DNA from: Azolla caroliniana | Taxonomy: Eukaryota > Plantae > Polypodiophyta | Reading direction: 5' to 3' | NCBI GenBank assembly: GCA_043228905.1 | Contig: JBHGNT010000004.1 | Coordinates: 7,502,001-7,566,000, forward strand | DNA: 64,000 nucleotides | In this document: piece after piece, positions 11,217-25,429 of the stretch | How positions within the stretch are numbered: the first letter of the stretch is position 1 | How the letters are laid out: each line of letters opens with the position of its first letter | The notes under the pieces: generated by a model | Databases searched by the model: none | Told to the model about the DNA's origin: nothing | The model's input: only the letters and a program-made list of their open reading frames with translations | Position numbers and translations under genes: made by a program

Positions 11217-14200
11217 ATGCTGAAAGAAGAAAGCATAATCAAAGAAGAAGAATTCGTGTCTCACATTCTAGAGGAAGCCTCATTTAATGACACCATCGGC
11301 GAAATCGAGGAAGTCGTGGACTTGAGCTACCCTCATGATCAAAATGTGATTTCGGTTAACTCCGTCAACATGTACGCTATCATCGATGAATATTATCGAG
11401 GCATCTTGATGGAGGAAGCTGAAGTCAACACAAAATATAAAACGGTGGATAAGAAGATCAAGCCAATTGCGGTTCCGCTACCGGAAGATAGCTGGCAGAA
11501 GATGAACGAAGTTGCTAATGATCCGAGCTTAAGGGATCCAAAGGCAATAGGTCATGTCTTCACCAAAGAGACGAAAGGAAAGCTACAAGTTGGAAGGGAA
11601 GATTTCCTTCTCCCCGAAGAGGAGAGAATGTTCCGTGGAATGCTTGAGAGACATGGGAAATCCTTCGCCTTCTCTCCACAAGAGATCGGATGTGCCGGCC
11701 CGAAGATGATAGAGCCGATGGTGATTTTTACAGTGCCGCATGTACCTTGGAACCTCAAGCCGATACCGGTTCCAAGAGCTCACATTCCAAAGTTGATTGA
11801 GCTTCTAAAGGAAAAGGTTAGGATGGGAATACTTGAGCCATCCAATGCTCCCTACTCCAATATATGGTTTACGGTGCCGAAGAAGAATGGGTCCTTACAC
11901 TTTATTCAAGATCTCCAACCCGTCAACAAGGTGACGATCCGAAATGCTGGAATTGGTCCAAGTGTGGATGAATTTGCCGAAGCCTTCGTGGGAAGATTGA
12001 TCTATTCCATTGGTGATCTCTACTCGGGCTATGATCAATTTCAATTGGTCGTCGATAGTAGAGGCATAACGACAATGAGGATGCTGATTGGGTTGGTAAG
12101 GATGTGCACCTTACCCCAAGGTGCAACAAATTCAGTAGCCCACATGGTGAATGCCATGAACAAAGTGTTGAGGGATTGTATCCCTGATATCACAATGCCC
12201 TTCTTAGACGACATTCCAATCAAAGGATGCTTGGTGGAAGAAAAAGATGAATCGAAAGATAACGATGGTTGCCGAAGATTCGTCATTGAACATATAAAGG
12301 ATAGCAAGAAGGTGTTGCAAAAGCTTGAGGATGCGAATCTCACGTTTTCAGGAGAGAAGTCTGCATTCGGTCAACCAGAAATATTGGTAGTAGGACACTT
12401 ATGTGGGTCTTATGGCCAGAAGCCATCTCCATCCAAGGTGAACGCTATTCAAGAAATGAAAGAAGAATGTGTGTCTCAAACGGAGGTGCGAAGATTCTTG
12501 GGAGCATGTGCATTCTATCACATATGGATTCCACATTATGCCCATGTCATTGAACCATTGTATGAACTATTAAAGAAAAGGAAGAAGTTGAAATGGGAAG
12601 ATGAGCATACCTACGTGATTCGAAAGCTAAAGAAACTATTATTGGAAGCTCCAGCACAGCGCAAAGCCGACTACACCGATGGTACCCCGATATATGTGAT
12701 GGTGGATACGAGCCCAACCGGAATTGGATGGGTGATAAACCAAGAAGACAAAGAAAAGAATTGGTATGCAATCCGATTCGGTGCGAAGGTTTTAACCGAA
12801 AGACAAAGGAAGTATGCCCAAGTAAAGAGAGAGCTATGGGGAATAGTATTCGCGGTTAAAACCGACCGTGACTACCTCATAGGAACAGAGGTCATAATCG
12901 AAACCGACTATCTACCTACTCTCGGAATGATATCCGGTTGTGCTACACCGGATATTGCTATGCTGCGATGGATTTCCTATATCAAGTCCCTCAACCCCGA
13001 GATTTGGCATATAAATGGAAAGCGTAATGTGGTGGCCGATATGTTGTCAAGGGCGAGGTATGAGGGTGAAGAAGATTTGCACTCTGACGAAGAGGATGTT
13101 GGCCTAAACTTCTTTACGGTTTCTTGTGCTCGGGTGCTAGCAGTGTTCAAAGTAGAAGATTATGAGGGTGAATTCATCGAAATTGGCAAATACTTAAGCT
13201 CTCTTACAAAAGAGGAATCATGGTCAAAGGAAGACTTCTACCGAATTAGGAAGAAGGCCTACAAGTTCTTCCTCAAAGAAGGACATCTATGGAAGTTTCC
13301 GAAGAAGAAGAATGGAACTCCACTTCAAGTGGTGTGCAAGAAACAGGATCAACAAACACTAATTGCTGAATTTCATGATAGTGTGTGGGTAGGTCATCGT
13401 GGTATATGGGCAACATTTGCAAAGCTCAAGGAGAAGTATTGGTGGCCGAGTGTTTACAAAGATGTAGCAAGCTATGTTGAAACATGTGAGCAATGCCAAT
13501 TATACTCGAATATTCAACATAGGGATGAACTTCATCCAACATATCCATTATCAATGCACTATAAGTGGTTGGTAGACATAGTGGTTATGCCAATGGGATT
13601 GGGGCAAATGAAATATCTCGTGCTAGCAAGAGAGGATCTCACCAACCAAGTAAAAGGATAGACGCTAAGGAATAAAACAACTTCGGTGGTTTGTAAGTTT
13701 CTCCTTGAAGATGTTATTTGTCGATACGGATGTGTCGGAAAAATAGTAGCCGATAGGGGAGAATTAGATGCGAATAGGCGTCAAATTATCGCTCACCATG
13801 GCATACAACCTGGACGCAAATGGGAAGGTGGAACGAGGACATAGTCCAATTGTAAAAGCTCTAGCAAAGGCTTGCGACGGCAAGATGGGAAATTGGCCAC
13901 GATTACTACCTTATGCATTGTGGGCAGATAGAACTACACATAGCATGACTACGGGATATATGCCCGCCGAACTCATATTAGGACAAAAACCAAAAATGCC
14001 TATTGAGCAAAGTGTTGCTTCGTGGACATCTTTGCCATGGCAAGAGGAAATGAGTCGGGAAGACTTGCTAGACATGAGGATTCAACAATTAGAACGAAGG
14101 CCCGAAGATGTCGAGTTGGCAATAGAACGATTGCACCAAGCTCGATTGAAGAACAAGGAGAATTTTGATAGAAAGCATCTTCTTCGACAAAGAAAAATTG

Positions 14201-14469
14201 AAGAAGGAGATTGGGTTCTTGTCTATGATAGTAGTCTCGATAATCAATATAGCACTGCTCGAAAGTTTGCAAAACGATGGTTTGGCTCGTATATGGTCAA
14301 GAAAATAGGAAGCAATACAACCTATTTTTTAGCGGAGTTAGATGGAATTCGACTTGCTTTGCCAATTGCAGGGAAAAGAATCAAAATCGTTAAGAGAAGA
14401 GAGGCCCCAAATCTTGAGATCGAAGCTCTGGATGATATAGCCTCGAACATCGAGGTTGAAAAAGAGTAA
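11217..14469 (+). pseudogene. pol: Pol: RT-RNase H-integrase (11217..13661 and 13768..14469)
   Basis: DLYSGYDQ, LPQG, FLDD (RT); DTSPTGIG, ADMLSR (RNase H); GHRG..CEQCQ and NGKVER (integrase). Confidence 0.93.
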
Positions 14470-15724
14470 TTAAAAGAGGAACCTCACCACAATTGGCACA
14501 TACCCGTGGATGTGCAGGTTTGGTGGGGGTGAATATCGTGTGGTTTTTCACACACGATATGAAAACTTAGTAAAACAATTATTTAAGATTAGCTTAATGT
14601 ATTCATATAGATACGTGTCTTCAAAAGCTTCATAGCGTATTTTACTACGCATGAAACGGATAAACAAGTATCAAGTTATGTGAGTGTAAAGTTTGAAGAA
14701 GAAGAAAGACAAGACAAAACTGTGAGATATCCCACATAGATAGGACAACATTGGAACCCAGGATATATAAGGGAAACCAAAACATATTCATTTTATCAAT
14801 GTGTGGAGCACAAAAAGTTCAAGGTGACTTGGGCTACATTGTGTGTTGTGCACGATTCGGGTGTACGCACATATGCACGACCGTGTTAATGTTTCAAGCG
14901 TACATCCATATGCACGGCCGTGTTAATGCTTCGGGCGTATGCGTGTATGTATGGCCGCGTGGACGTTTTCGGATGTACGCATGTGTGCGGACAAGCGCGC
15001 GCATGCGTGGATGCGTACACTACAGCACGGTTGGAACTTTTGTGCGCGGATGCGTACACTACGCGGTCGGGACTTATGCACGCTAACGCATCTACAGTTT
15101 GGTTGCGACGCACATACGGATTGCGCATGGGCTAAACTTTATGGATGATTGGGTCATTTGGCCAAATTATATGGAAGGTCGCAAGCAACTAAAAGCAAGC
15201 CCATGCAACTAAAAGTAAAAGGCATGCAACTAAAAATGGAAGCATGGAACTAAAAGTAGAGGCCATGCAACTAAAAGTGGACATGCAAAGTAACTTTGGG
15301 GACGGGGGATCAGCAAGGAGCTCGATATATGTCCCATTTGTTTCCTCTAGTTTTTTTCTTCTTCCCTCTCGGATTCGAGAAACAAATTATCTCACATATT
15401 GATATCAAACTCCTAGCTTTGTTTTACTCGATCTTTCTTGTCAAAAAGTATCTCTCATATTCATATCGGACCACTCCTTGCATGGTTGTTGGCTCCTTTC
15501 TTTGAAAAAGTAATCTCTCATTTCCATACCCAACCCATTATAACACGATTTTGAAATTATAAAGAATCGATTTTCTTTGCAATAAACTAATGATTTGTCT
15601 CTCCCACTGGTCTTACGCTTAAAACTTGCTTGTGTTGTACGTGTTGCACTAAATCCTTCTAGTCCAAAACCCCAGCAGTTCCGTCTCATGATCCGCACAT
15701 AGTGACAGATTTTCACGACACCAT

Positions 15725-17324
15725 TAAGTCTCCTCACAACCTCTATGTGCTCTTCTCCCCATTGGAACTTTCTCTCCTTCTTTAGGAAGTCATAGCGTGG
15801 CTCAGCAATATGCGCATAGTGGTGAATCCAAATGTGGTAGAAGGCACATGCTCCTAGGAATCATCGTACCTCTGTGGTCGTCCTGCACTCCTTCATCGCT
15901 GAGAAGGCCTCTACCTTCACGGAGGACGGTTTCTGACCGTACAGCCCACATAGGTGTCCGACCACCAAGATCTGCGACTGTGCAAATGCCAACTTGTCTC
16001 CTAAGAATGTAAACCTGGTGCCTTTCAACTTCTGCAATATCTTTTCATAGTCGGCAATGTGGTAGGCAACGAACTTCCTACACCCATCCTTACCGATGGT
16101 CTCGTCCTTCTGATCCTCAGAGCACCCTTTTATTGGGATGTCATCCAGGAACGACATGGTTATATTCGGTATGCAATCCCTTAGAACCTTATTCATCGCA
16201 TTTACCACGTGCACCACCATGTGCACCTCCTTGTGGCAGGGTACACATCTGAACTAAGCTGAGAGGGGTTCGAATCGTCGTGATGTCCCTCCTTGCAACG
16301 ACTAGCTGGAACTAATCATACCCCGAGTACAAATCTCCAACCAAGTAGATTGACCTTCCTGCAAAGGCCTCCGCGAACATGTTGATGGTCGGGCCAACCT
16401 CTGTATTTTAGATTGTCACTTCGTTGACTGGTTGTAGGTCCGGTATAAAGCACAGAGTGTCATTCTTCTTCGGCACTTTGAACCACCGATTCGAATAGGG
16501 GGCACTCAACGATTCGAGGATCCCCATCTCAATCTTCTCCTTGAGCAGCTCCATCAACTTTGGGATGTGCACTCTCTGTACCAGAATTGGTTTGAGGCTC
16601 ATGGCACATGCGGTACCGTGAAGATCACCATAGGCTCAACAATCGTCGGGTCGGCGCACCCGATCTCTTCCGGTGAGAAAGCAAATTCCTTTTTGTGACT
16701 ATTGATCATTCTCCGAAACCTGTACTCCTCTGTTGGTAGTAGGAAGCCACCACCACCAATCTTGAGCTTTCATAGTGTCTCCTCGGTGAACCAGTGCCCT
16801 ATGCCGCGCGGGTCTCACAAACTTGGGTCAGTCACGACCCCTTTCATCTGCCTGAACTTTGCAATCTCCTCGTACATCTCGATTGAATTAACCGAAATCG
16901 TCAGGTCATCGGTTAGATCTCCTTTGACCACCTTCTTGGTTTCCCCAAGGGTGTCGTCGAACGAAACCACCTCCACGATCCCATTGATCGAGTCATCGGG
17001 GCCTATGGCTCTCTATGCCCTTAAGCGCCCCTCAACCTATCATCTTTCCTATCCGCTGATGTCGGATACTATACATCCTCCATTGTTGGAGAGCCAAAAT
17101 TTCCTACCTAATGTACAAGTGTGGGGTTTCGGCCGGTTGTCCAGACTATCATAGCCCCACGCCTTGATTTCCCTCTTCAAAAATCCTCCCAGCCTTCGTC
17201 GCCGAGAGAGTCCCTACTTCACTCATGGTTCGGCCGAATCATCAAGAATTGGACGGAGTGACTCCCGTCCTGGCTCTTTACCCTCACGTAGGCCGAGTCG
17301 TTGTCCAACACCTTCGTTCCATCT
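15725..17324 (-). pseudogene. Gypsy B protease end and RT remnants
   Basis: FLDDIPIKG and PKKND..FIPDLQPVN; protease tail ..IRPNHE..DSLGDEGWEDF*. Confidence 0.87.
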
Positions 17325-20300
17325 GGAAAGGACCTAATCATCGATAATCCAATTTATCGCATGGGCCAGTAGTCTTGATGTGTCGTCGTAATAGCCATTC
17401 CCGATCTCCATTGTTAAAACTAAACGGAAGCTGATGACAATCTACATAATCCTTCTGTGTTTGTTAATCTTGATGTAAATGAGTAGATAGGTCTAAGGGT
17501 ATCTTGCATAGCCACTCCACATGATCCTCTACATGAGGATTTGTGGGAAACTCCAGAGTTTCAAATACAGACCATCGAGGATGATAGCCTGTATAAGCAT
17601 AAAATGGAGTCACCCTAGTCAATGAGTGGATAGAGTTATTATATGTGAATTCGGCAAAGTGGAGAATATCTGCCCAATCATCTTGTTGATAGCTTAGAAA
17701 ACACTGAAGATATTGTTCCAACGTTTGATTTGTTCATTCTGCTTGTCCATTTGTTTGAGGATAATCGCCAGAGGAGAGGTTACAAGTGACCTTGAGCATT
17801 TTGAAGAGATACTTCCAAAATTTCGAGACGAATTGAGGTCCACGGTCGTTGATGATTCTATCCAGGAGACCATGATGCCGAAATACCTCACGCATGACAA
17901 TTGCGACGGTTTCTTCACTAATGATTTCCTTAGTATATCGATCTACTATTGTTAATATCGCATTGAATCCCTTTGAAGCTGGAAGATCTGTGATAAAATC
18001 TTGAGAAATGAACTGCCACGGCTTTCTTGGAATTGGTAATGGTTCCAATAAACCATATGGATTATGTCTTGGCATCTTTGCTCTATAACATGTATCACAT
18101 ATCCGAACATAGATTGACATATTCGCATTCGTTGGGTTTCCCATTCGAATGCAAACGAATACGAATACGAATGGGTGGTCAAGTATTCGTTTGACCCAAC
18201 AAAAAAAAAAGGAGAACTCTTTCTTTTTTAATTTCCTAGGATAAAAAAAAGGAACTTGGCAATAAGTAGGGATAATAAAAGAGGGTCTTGGGGACTTGAC
18301 ACTACTAAATATTTATAATAAATGTATAACTTATAAGTTATAAGTATTTGTTTTATTTTTAATAAATAAATAAAATAAAATAAAGGCTCATTAATTTCTC
18401 ACTTTTTATTCCCTTAAAGTTTATGGATATTTTTATTTTGACATTAAAAATAGTACTTCAAACTAATCATATCTTCAAAGTTGATACTAATCATATTTGT
18501 ATAATAAATATAAAAGTATTCGTATTTTAAAAATTAATAAATTAATTTATTAATTAAAATAAGTTTCATAAACTCTCTTGACACTATAATCTATTAATGA
18601 ATAATTGTTCTTTTTTAGGTGAAATAAATTTATTTAAATAAATAAATAATTTTGTTTATATTTATTTTGTAGAACGAATGGTATTTTAATATTCTTGGGC
18701 CCATTTTGTATTCTCGAATATTGCGAATATTGCGCATGGAGAATATCACGAATATCGCGCATGTGTCAATCTATGTGTCCGAACATAGTCTTCAACAAAT
18801 TGTCGCATGTGAGGCCACCAAAATGATCGTTATACTAAATCCAATGACTTAGTACTACCAAAATGTCCAATTGTATATGTGTCATGATAATTTTGGGAAC
18901 ATACAAGAGTTTCTTAAACAATAGTAATCCATCATAACATTCCAATTGTCGATAGACCATACCTGGTTGTTGCGACTGTGAACATGTTGCTCGCGAGGGA
19001 TCAATTTGCACTAAAATGGCTTGAGCGAAAGAGTCTGTCTTCAAGTCTTCATGTATGGTCTCGATAATGCGGGAATCCAATGGAGTGTTAATAACCCGCG
19101 TTTTTTGCAGTCTTGCTGGTCCCAAGATGACTTGATTTTGATTATGAAATGTTGGATCACCGGGACGAAGTGCTAGATACGAGCGTCGTGATAATGCATA
19201 TATCTTCCCTTGCTGCTTCCCAGGACGATATGTGATTTTGAAGTTGAAACAAGTGAGGAATTGGGCCCATGCAGCTTGTCATTGATTTAATACACGAGCA
19301 TTCTGGAAATAGGCAAGGTTTTTGTGATCATTGAATACAGTGGCTTGATGAGAAGATCCCTCTAAAAAGTGCCTCCATTGTGCAAAAGAGTCCATTATTA
19401 CCAATAGCTCCTTGTCATGTATCTCGTAGTTGATTTCGCATCAAACTTGTGTGAGTGAAAAACCACAGGATGTAGTTTTTCATCATCGCCTTGTTGTGAT
19501 AGAATGCTACCAAGGGCGAAATCCGACCCGTTTGCCTCCATGATGAATGGTTTTTTCGAATCAACATGAGCTATAATAGGAGTTGATGTAAGTGCTTTCT
19601 TAAGATTTACAAAAGCCGTGTCCGCTTCCTTAGACCAAACAAACGACTGCCCCTTCTTGGTAAGTTGTGTAAGAGGCAAAATAAGCTTTGAGTAGTATTG
19701 TATAAACTTGCGGTAGAAATTTGCGAAGCCTAAAAAACATTGCAAATCTCGCAACAAACGGGGAGTCTGCCACTCTACCACAGTTTTGACCTTAGCTGGA
19801 TCCATAGAGATGCCTTCCGAGGAGATAACATATCTTCGAAATTCCACTTGGTTGCACTCAAAACTACATTTTTCTAGTTTTGCGGTACTAATAGTACATG
19901 AGAATCGTGCTCTTCTTGAGTCTTCGAATATACTAGTAGGTCATCCAAATAGATGATCAAACTGATATCCAAGAGCTCTCAGAATATATCATTTGCCATG
20001 TGTTGGAAGACTGTTGGCGCATTGGTGAGACCGAATGGCATAACCATATACTCGAAGTGCCCGTATCGGGTGCGAACAACGGTCTTCCATTCATCTCCCA
20101 GTCGGATCCGTACGAGGTTATATGTGCCTTGTAAGTCGATCTTTGTGAAGAACTTTACACCATTAATCCATTCTAAAAGACTAGTGGTTACCTTATTCAA
20201 GCCATGGTAATCGACGACGAGACGAAGTGATCCATCCTTTTTCTTGACAAAGAAAATGGGTGCGCCGGCTGGAGATTTTGAATGTCAAATGAACCCATTT

Positions 20301-22388
20301 GCCAAATTTTCCTCTATGTAGGCTCGAAGAACTTCTAGCTCAGTTGGTGACAAGTTGTAGATCAATCCCCATGTTGGCTCTTTTCCTAGTTGTAAATCAA
20401 TGGGACAATCATACGGTCAATGGTGGGGAAGAGTACTAGCTTGTACCTTATCAAATATGTCGGCATAATGATGATACTTATCTGGAAGTTGAACAACGAA
20501 TCCTTCTTTAATGGTGTTGGAAGGTTTCACTGATACTGCGAATACAAACATTGATTCCTTATGTCCTTCCTCACGCAATTGATGTAGTGAAATGGTTGAA
20601 ACCTTTTGAGTAGATTCTCGGGGTTGTCGGTACTGGATTTCTCCTATTCTCCAATCTATGTCTGGATTGTGTAACTCGAACCATGGTAAACCCAAAATAA
20701 TGGGATGTTCTAGACTACAAATTATATTGAATGATACTACACATACCAAATTATCTAGGGCAACATTGATTGGCTCAAACTCTTCTACAATATTTCCAGA
20801 AGCAATGGGGAGACCATCAATGACTACTACAGAGGTTGGGCAAGGCAGTTTTCTTAAGGATATCTGATGAGCTTGGTCAAAATTCTTATCCATGAAGCAA
20901 GAATTAGCTCCGGAATCTAAGAGTGATAAGACATGTATTGGAGGGGTACTTTGAGTTCTAATTGTTACTTGAGCTAAGAGAACATTACTAACTTGTTTAG
21001 AGGGAATTGAACCACTAATGGGTTGCACAAATCTAAGGATGTCCAACCAAACGGCTCCTATTTTGGTTGGACTTAGTCATTTAACTCTTCCTCTAATTGA
21101 CTAAGGAGTTCAAATTTGTTCAATAGACTTGGTCTATTAGTACTATTAGGACTATCAGAAACTCCTAATGAAATAGATGCAGGTTTAATACAAGCTACTA
21201 TTTTATTTACCTATCATCTTGGCCTATGTGGACACTTTACCGCGATATGCCCCGGTCCTCCACAATAAAGACATAATCAATTTGCTCGCCATCGTTGATT
21301 TTCTTCTTCAGACAATGGTCCATGACGACGTGTGGTGTCAATTTCCATCAGTGCTGGAGTATTTGCCGGAGATGCATTGTATGACTCCCGTGCAAATGGT
21401 TTTGTTGCGACCGAGGCATATGTGGGTTTTGGCATGGTCCTTGGCATTTGTAACTGGAGTTCCGAACATCGTTTGAAAAGCTGGTTGTTGCATCATACCA
21501 CTCAACTGATTGCCTCTGTGAATGATTTTGGTTCTTCAAGGAAAGTCAGGAGTAAGTCTTTGACCTCATTTCATAGGCCATATCGAAATTGCTCCATCAA
21601 TGCTTGATCATCCCAAGATATACCGGAGGCGAGTAGACGGAAATCTGTAGCGTAAGCAGAGGCTGGACGATCACTTTCACGTAATCGTCGGATTTTGTTG
21701 ATTTTCGTCCTTATGCTATCAATATCTCCAAAACAAGCTTTAAGCTCACTTATAAACTCTTCAAAATTATTTCGTAATGGAGACTCCTTTTCTAACAACG
21801 AAGCGAACCATGCCAAAGCTGAGCCGCTTAGCAACATGCCTACTAGACCCACTCATGATGCATCGGTGGGATATCGGGAAGGATGCATTTGAATGACTAA
21901 TCGTACCTGATTAAGGAATCCTTTAAATTGTTATCGCGTTCCATCAAATTTCATAGGAAGGCCAATCTTGGGTTCTTTATGAATCCCTTGAATACTTGGT
22001 CCTTATTGTAGCAACCTATAATGGTTACTTCAAGTTGTTGCATGCGTAACTCTAACTCCCCATGTTGTTGTTGCGTTTGTTGCTTTTCTAAAGAGATTTT
22101 TTGAAGATCCCCCAACACCCGTTGATTTTCTTGTTCCAATGCGAGAAACTTTTCTTTCAAGTATTGCAGCTTCGAGAAAATGGATTGATATTCTTGAGCG
22201 CTAACAGTTTCCATAGTATTGGAAACAGGAGGGATAAGAGGATTAGTATGAAGGAAGGGAGAAGTAAGAAGATAGACCAATTCGGTTCAATATGTTAGGA
22301 ATAGTACTAAAGGTGGCGAGGGAATTAGTACTAGAGATAGAGGAGGATGAGTACTATCAGTACATAAGAGGAGAAGATGGTGTGGAAC

Positions 22389-22442
<54 letters not shown>

Positions 22443-22759
22443 GATGATGGTAATAGAATATATATATTATAAGGAGAAAGATACAAGAACAACTAGGAGG
22501 CTTAAGACTAGCGTTGAACTGAATTGGTTCGAAATAATGCCTCGTGCCTCTTTTTATAGTTTTGTTAGGAGTACTCCTAAAGTTTCTAGAATGTTCTAGA
22601 GAAATCTAGAATATACATCAATTTTCTATAGTGAAATAATAAATGAAAACAATATTTTTTGTATTACAATGTATAGTTTAATGGTAGGGCTTCAACCCAT
22701 GTGACACAAGGTCATGGGTTCAAATCCTTTCAAACCCATGACCATGCTATATCATGACA
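17325..22759 (-). mobile_element. Tcn1-like chromovirus copy 1 (3' end deleted); 5' LTR 22293-22759
   Basis: Gag, protease [21 protein letters not shown], RNase H and integrase remnants on the minus strand; homologous to 53398-58467. Confidence 0.88.
18108..18775. mobile_element. hAT-like MITE
   Basis: TIR CATAGATTGACA; 8-bp TSD TATCCGAA/TGTCCGAA; subterminal CGAATA repeats; empty site in the paralogue at about 55062. Confidence 0.9.
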
Positions 22760-24578
22760 CTCCCAAGGCCTTGGTGAAGATGTCGGCCATTTGCAAGTTT
22801 GTGTTGATGTGTTGCAAGCAATATTCTCTTGAGCCAAACAACTTCACATGCAGCTACGGTCGTGCCCCTATATGCGGCATCGGTGCTCAACAGTGAGAAT
22901 GTTAGCTATTTCTTACTACTCCACGACATGGCACCACTGCCAAGAGAGAAAACAAATCCAAATGTCGATCGTCGGTCGGCCCAGTCGGCCCAGTTGGCAT
23001 CGGTATAACCTTCGAGTTGTATCAGTGTGGCTGATTGCCAAAATCCATGGTTCCACTCACATACCTTAGCATTTGCTTAGCACAGTCGAGATGGATGTCT
23101 TGCGGAATTTGCATGAACTGGCTAAGGAGGCTGACAGGGTAACTCAGGTCGGGTCGGGTAATTGTGACGTAGATGAGGCTTCCGACTAGTTGACATAGAG
23201 CATCGGTTCACACTCTCTTGGGCCTGAGTCGACATCTAGCTTTAGATTGCAATCGAGAGGGGTAGTGACGGGTTTACATTGTGTCATCCCAAACTCGTAA
23301 AGAAGATTGAGGATATAGTGCCTTTGAGAAACCATGATATTATCAGGAGTCTGAATTACTTCTATTCATAGAAAGTAATGAAGCTCCTTCATGTCTTTCA
23401 TTTTGAATCGGCTGGAGAGGAACTTATTGATGTGCTCAATATTTGCTAAATGCTCTCCTCCAACGACTAAGTCATCCACATAAATGATGATAAATACTTG
23501 TCCTCTAGAGTCGCTCCGGATAAACAGAGAGTTGTCGGACTTGGACATGTTGAGGACGATTTGATTAAGATATTGTGTTAACTTCGAATGACATGCTCTC
23601 GATGCCTGCTTGAGACCGTAGAGAGGCTTTTTGAGTCGGTAGACAATAGTCGGATGCGTAGTCGACTTGAATCCAGGTGGTTGTATCATGTACACCTCCT
23701 CTTCTAACTCGCCTTGGAGAAAGGTGCTCTTTACATCCATTTGGTGGAGATGTCACCCTTTTGCTGCTGCAAGCGCAATCACGGTTCAAATTGTAGTCAT
23801 CTTTGCTACCGGGGCAAAGGTCTCTTTGTAGTCGATATCGTGCATCTGCGCGTAGCCCTTCGCCACAAGTTGGGCCTTGTACCAATGGACAATGTCGTCG
23901 GCGTTGTGCTTTACCTTGAAGATCCACCGGCATCCAATTTCTTGTTGGTGGTTTGAAGAAGGGACGAGATCCCATGTCTTGGAGAGTGTTTGCATCTCCT
24001 CATTCATCGCTTTGACCCATCTAGGGTCCTTTGTGGCTTCGGAAAATATTTCTAATTCTCGGACTGTCGCCACCTTCATCATGAATTCATAATGATATGT
24101 CACGTTGTCGTTGTAGCTGAATCGGTTGACTATGTTCTTTTCTTGGGTGGAGCGACGTGATTCTCCTGGTGTCCTCATGATGGGTATATCTAGTCCACTA
24201 TCCTCACTGTTAGGTGAGTGAGTCGATTCATTTCCATCTGAGTCTTCACACTCATGCATTTTGTCCTTTCCTTTGTCTTATTTCAAACTCGATCGCAACA
24301 TGCTTTGGTCGCTTGGAGGCTCTTGTGGTCCACTCAACCTGGTTGAGATTGGGCTTTTGTTAGCCGGTCGGCTACAAGGTCGGAGGGTTGGAGTCAAACA
24401 AGTCTGAAAGCGTCAAAGTCAACAAGGTTCAGAAGTACGAGGGAGTCGGAGTCAGATCGACAACGCGGATCAATGAGTCAACATTTTGCCAAGTAGATAA
24501 AAATTGATATATTAGAATTAGTTAGACAATTTTGTGACAATTGATAATTTAGTGGTTAGGATATCTCTATGTCGACAA

Positions 24579-25429
24579 CATGGTTATTTATGTACCCGTA
24601 TTTAACGTTTAAATACGTATAGTACCTCATATTTGTATAGTACGTACGATACCTCAATGTTGTTTCAGTCAAATATCATGTACATTTGTCCATACGGTAT
24701 TTAACGTACATTTGAAAAAACTGGTATAATACGTATTTATAAAAAACTGTAAGTAAAACCCCAACAAAAAGCAAAAGAAAAAAAGATTTTAGTGAAAAAG
24801 AAGCAAAAAAAGAAAGAAGAACAGAAGAGATGTCGACGACGAAGAGGAAGAAGAAGAAGAAGAAGAAGAAAAGAAGAAAAAGAGAGAAAAGAAGGCAGAA
24901 ACCTGTTTTGACTCTGATTGTGATAATCACAGAAAATAGAAGATGATGATGAAGAAGAGAGAAAAGAAAACAGAAACTTATCCTAAGTGTGATAATCGTA
25001 GACGATTCCTCAATATATGAAGGCATAATCGTAAATAATTACAATTTGAAATAGAACATCTTGATACACACTTACACTGATTTATAGAATAAGTGAAGGT
25101 CGACATCCATATTATAAGTATTTTAGGATGTGAAATATTCAAATGTCTTCTATGCATTTTAGGATGTAGAAATAATGTACATCACAAATTTGTGTAAACA
25201 TAGATGCTTTTTACAATATTACAAATATTTTTTAGAAAGGTAAATAATTTTCAAATTCTATAAGTATTTAACGTACTATACGTAAAATACGTATTTTACG
25301 TATTTTATAAGTATTTAACCTATTAAAAAACATATTTAACATATTTTTAAATTGGGAAGTACTATACGCGTAGCAAAACGTTATATAAGTATGGTATCCG
25401 TACCATACGTAACATACCTAACAACCTCG
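24579..25429. mobile_element. hAT-like MITE in the 5' LTR of Gypsy C
   Basis: Absent from the 3' LTR; flanked by decayed 8-bp TSD GTCGACAA/ATCAACAG (empty site GTCGACAG); imperfect TIR CATGGTTATT/CGAGGTTGTT; AT-rich with TACGTA repeats. Confidence 0.75.

Larger units (their letters stand above)
7702..15720 (+). mobile_element. Full-length non-chromovirus Gypsy element A (Phygy-like, tentative)
   Basis: LTRs 7702-8803 and 14534-15720; TSD CCGT/CCAT; gag-PR-RT-RH-INT order; PPT at about 14521-14533; no chromodomain seen. Confidence 0.95.

Noticed and set aside
22667-22743. A true tRNA gene
   Set aside because: A/B boxes are present but acceptor and anticodon stems do not pair convincingly; reported only as a tRNA-like module.
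24676-25026. Hydrophobic Phe/Leu-rich ORF (also 5199..5582 and 34267..34530)
   Set aside because: Translations of GAA- or CT-rich low-complexity or antisense TE sequence.
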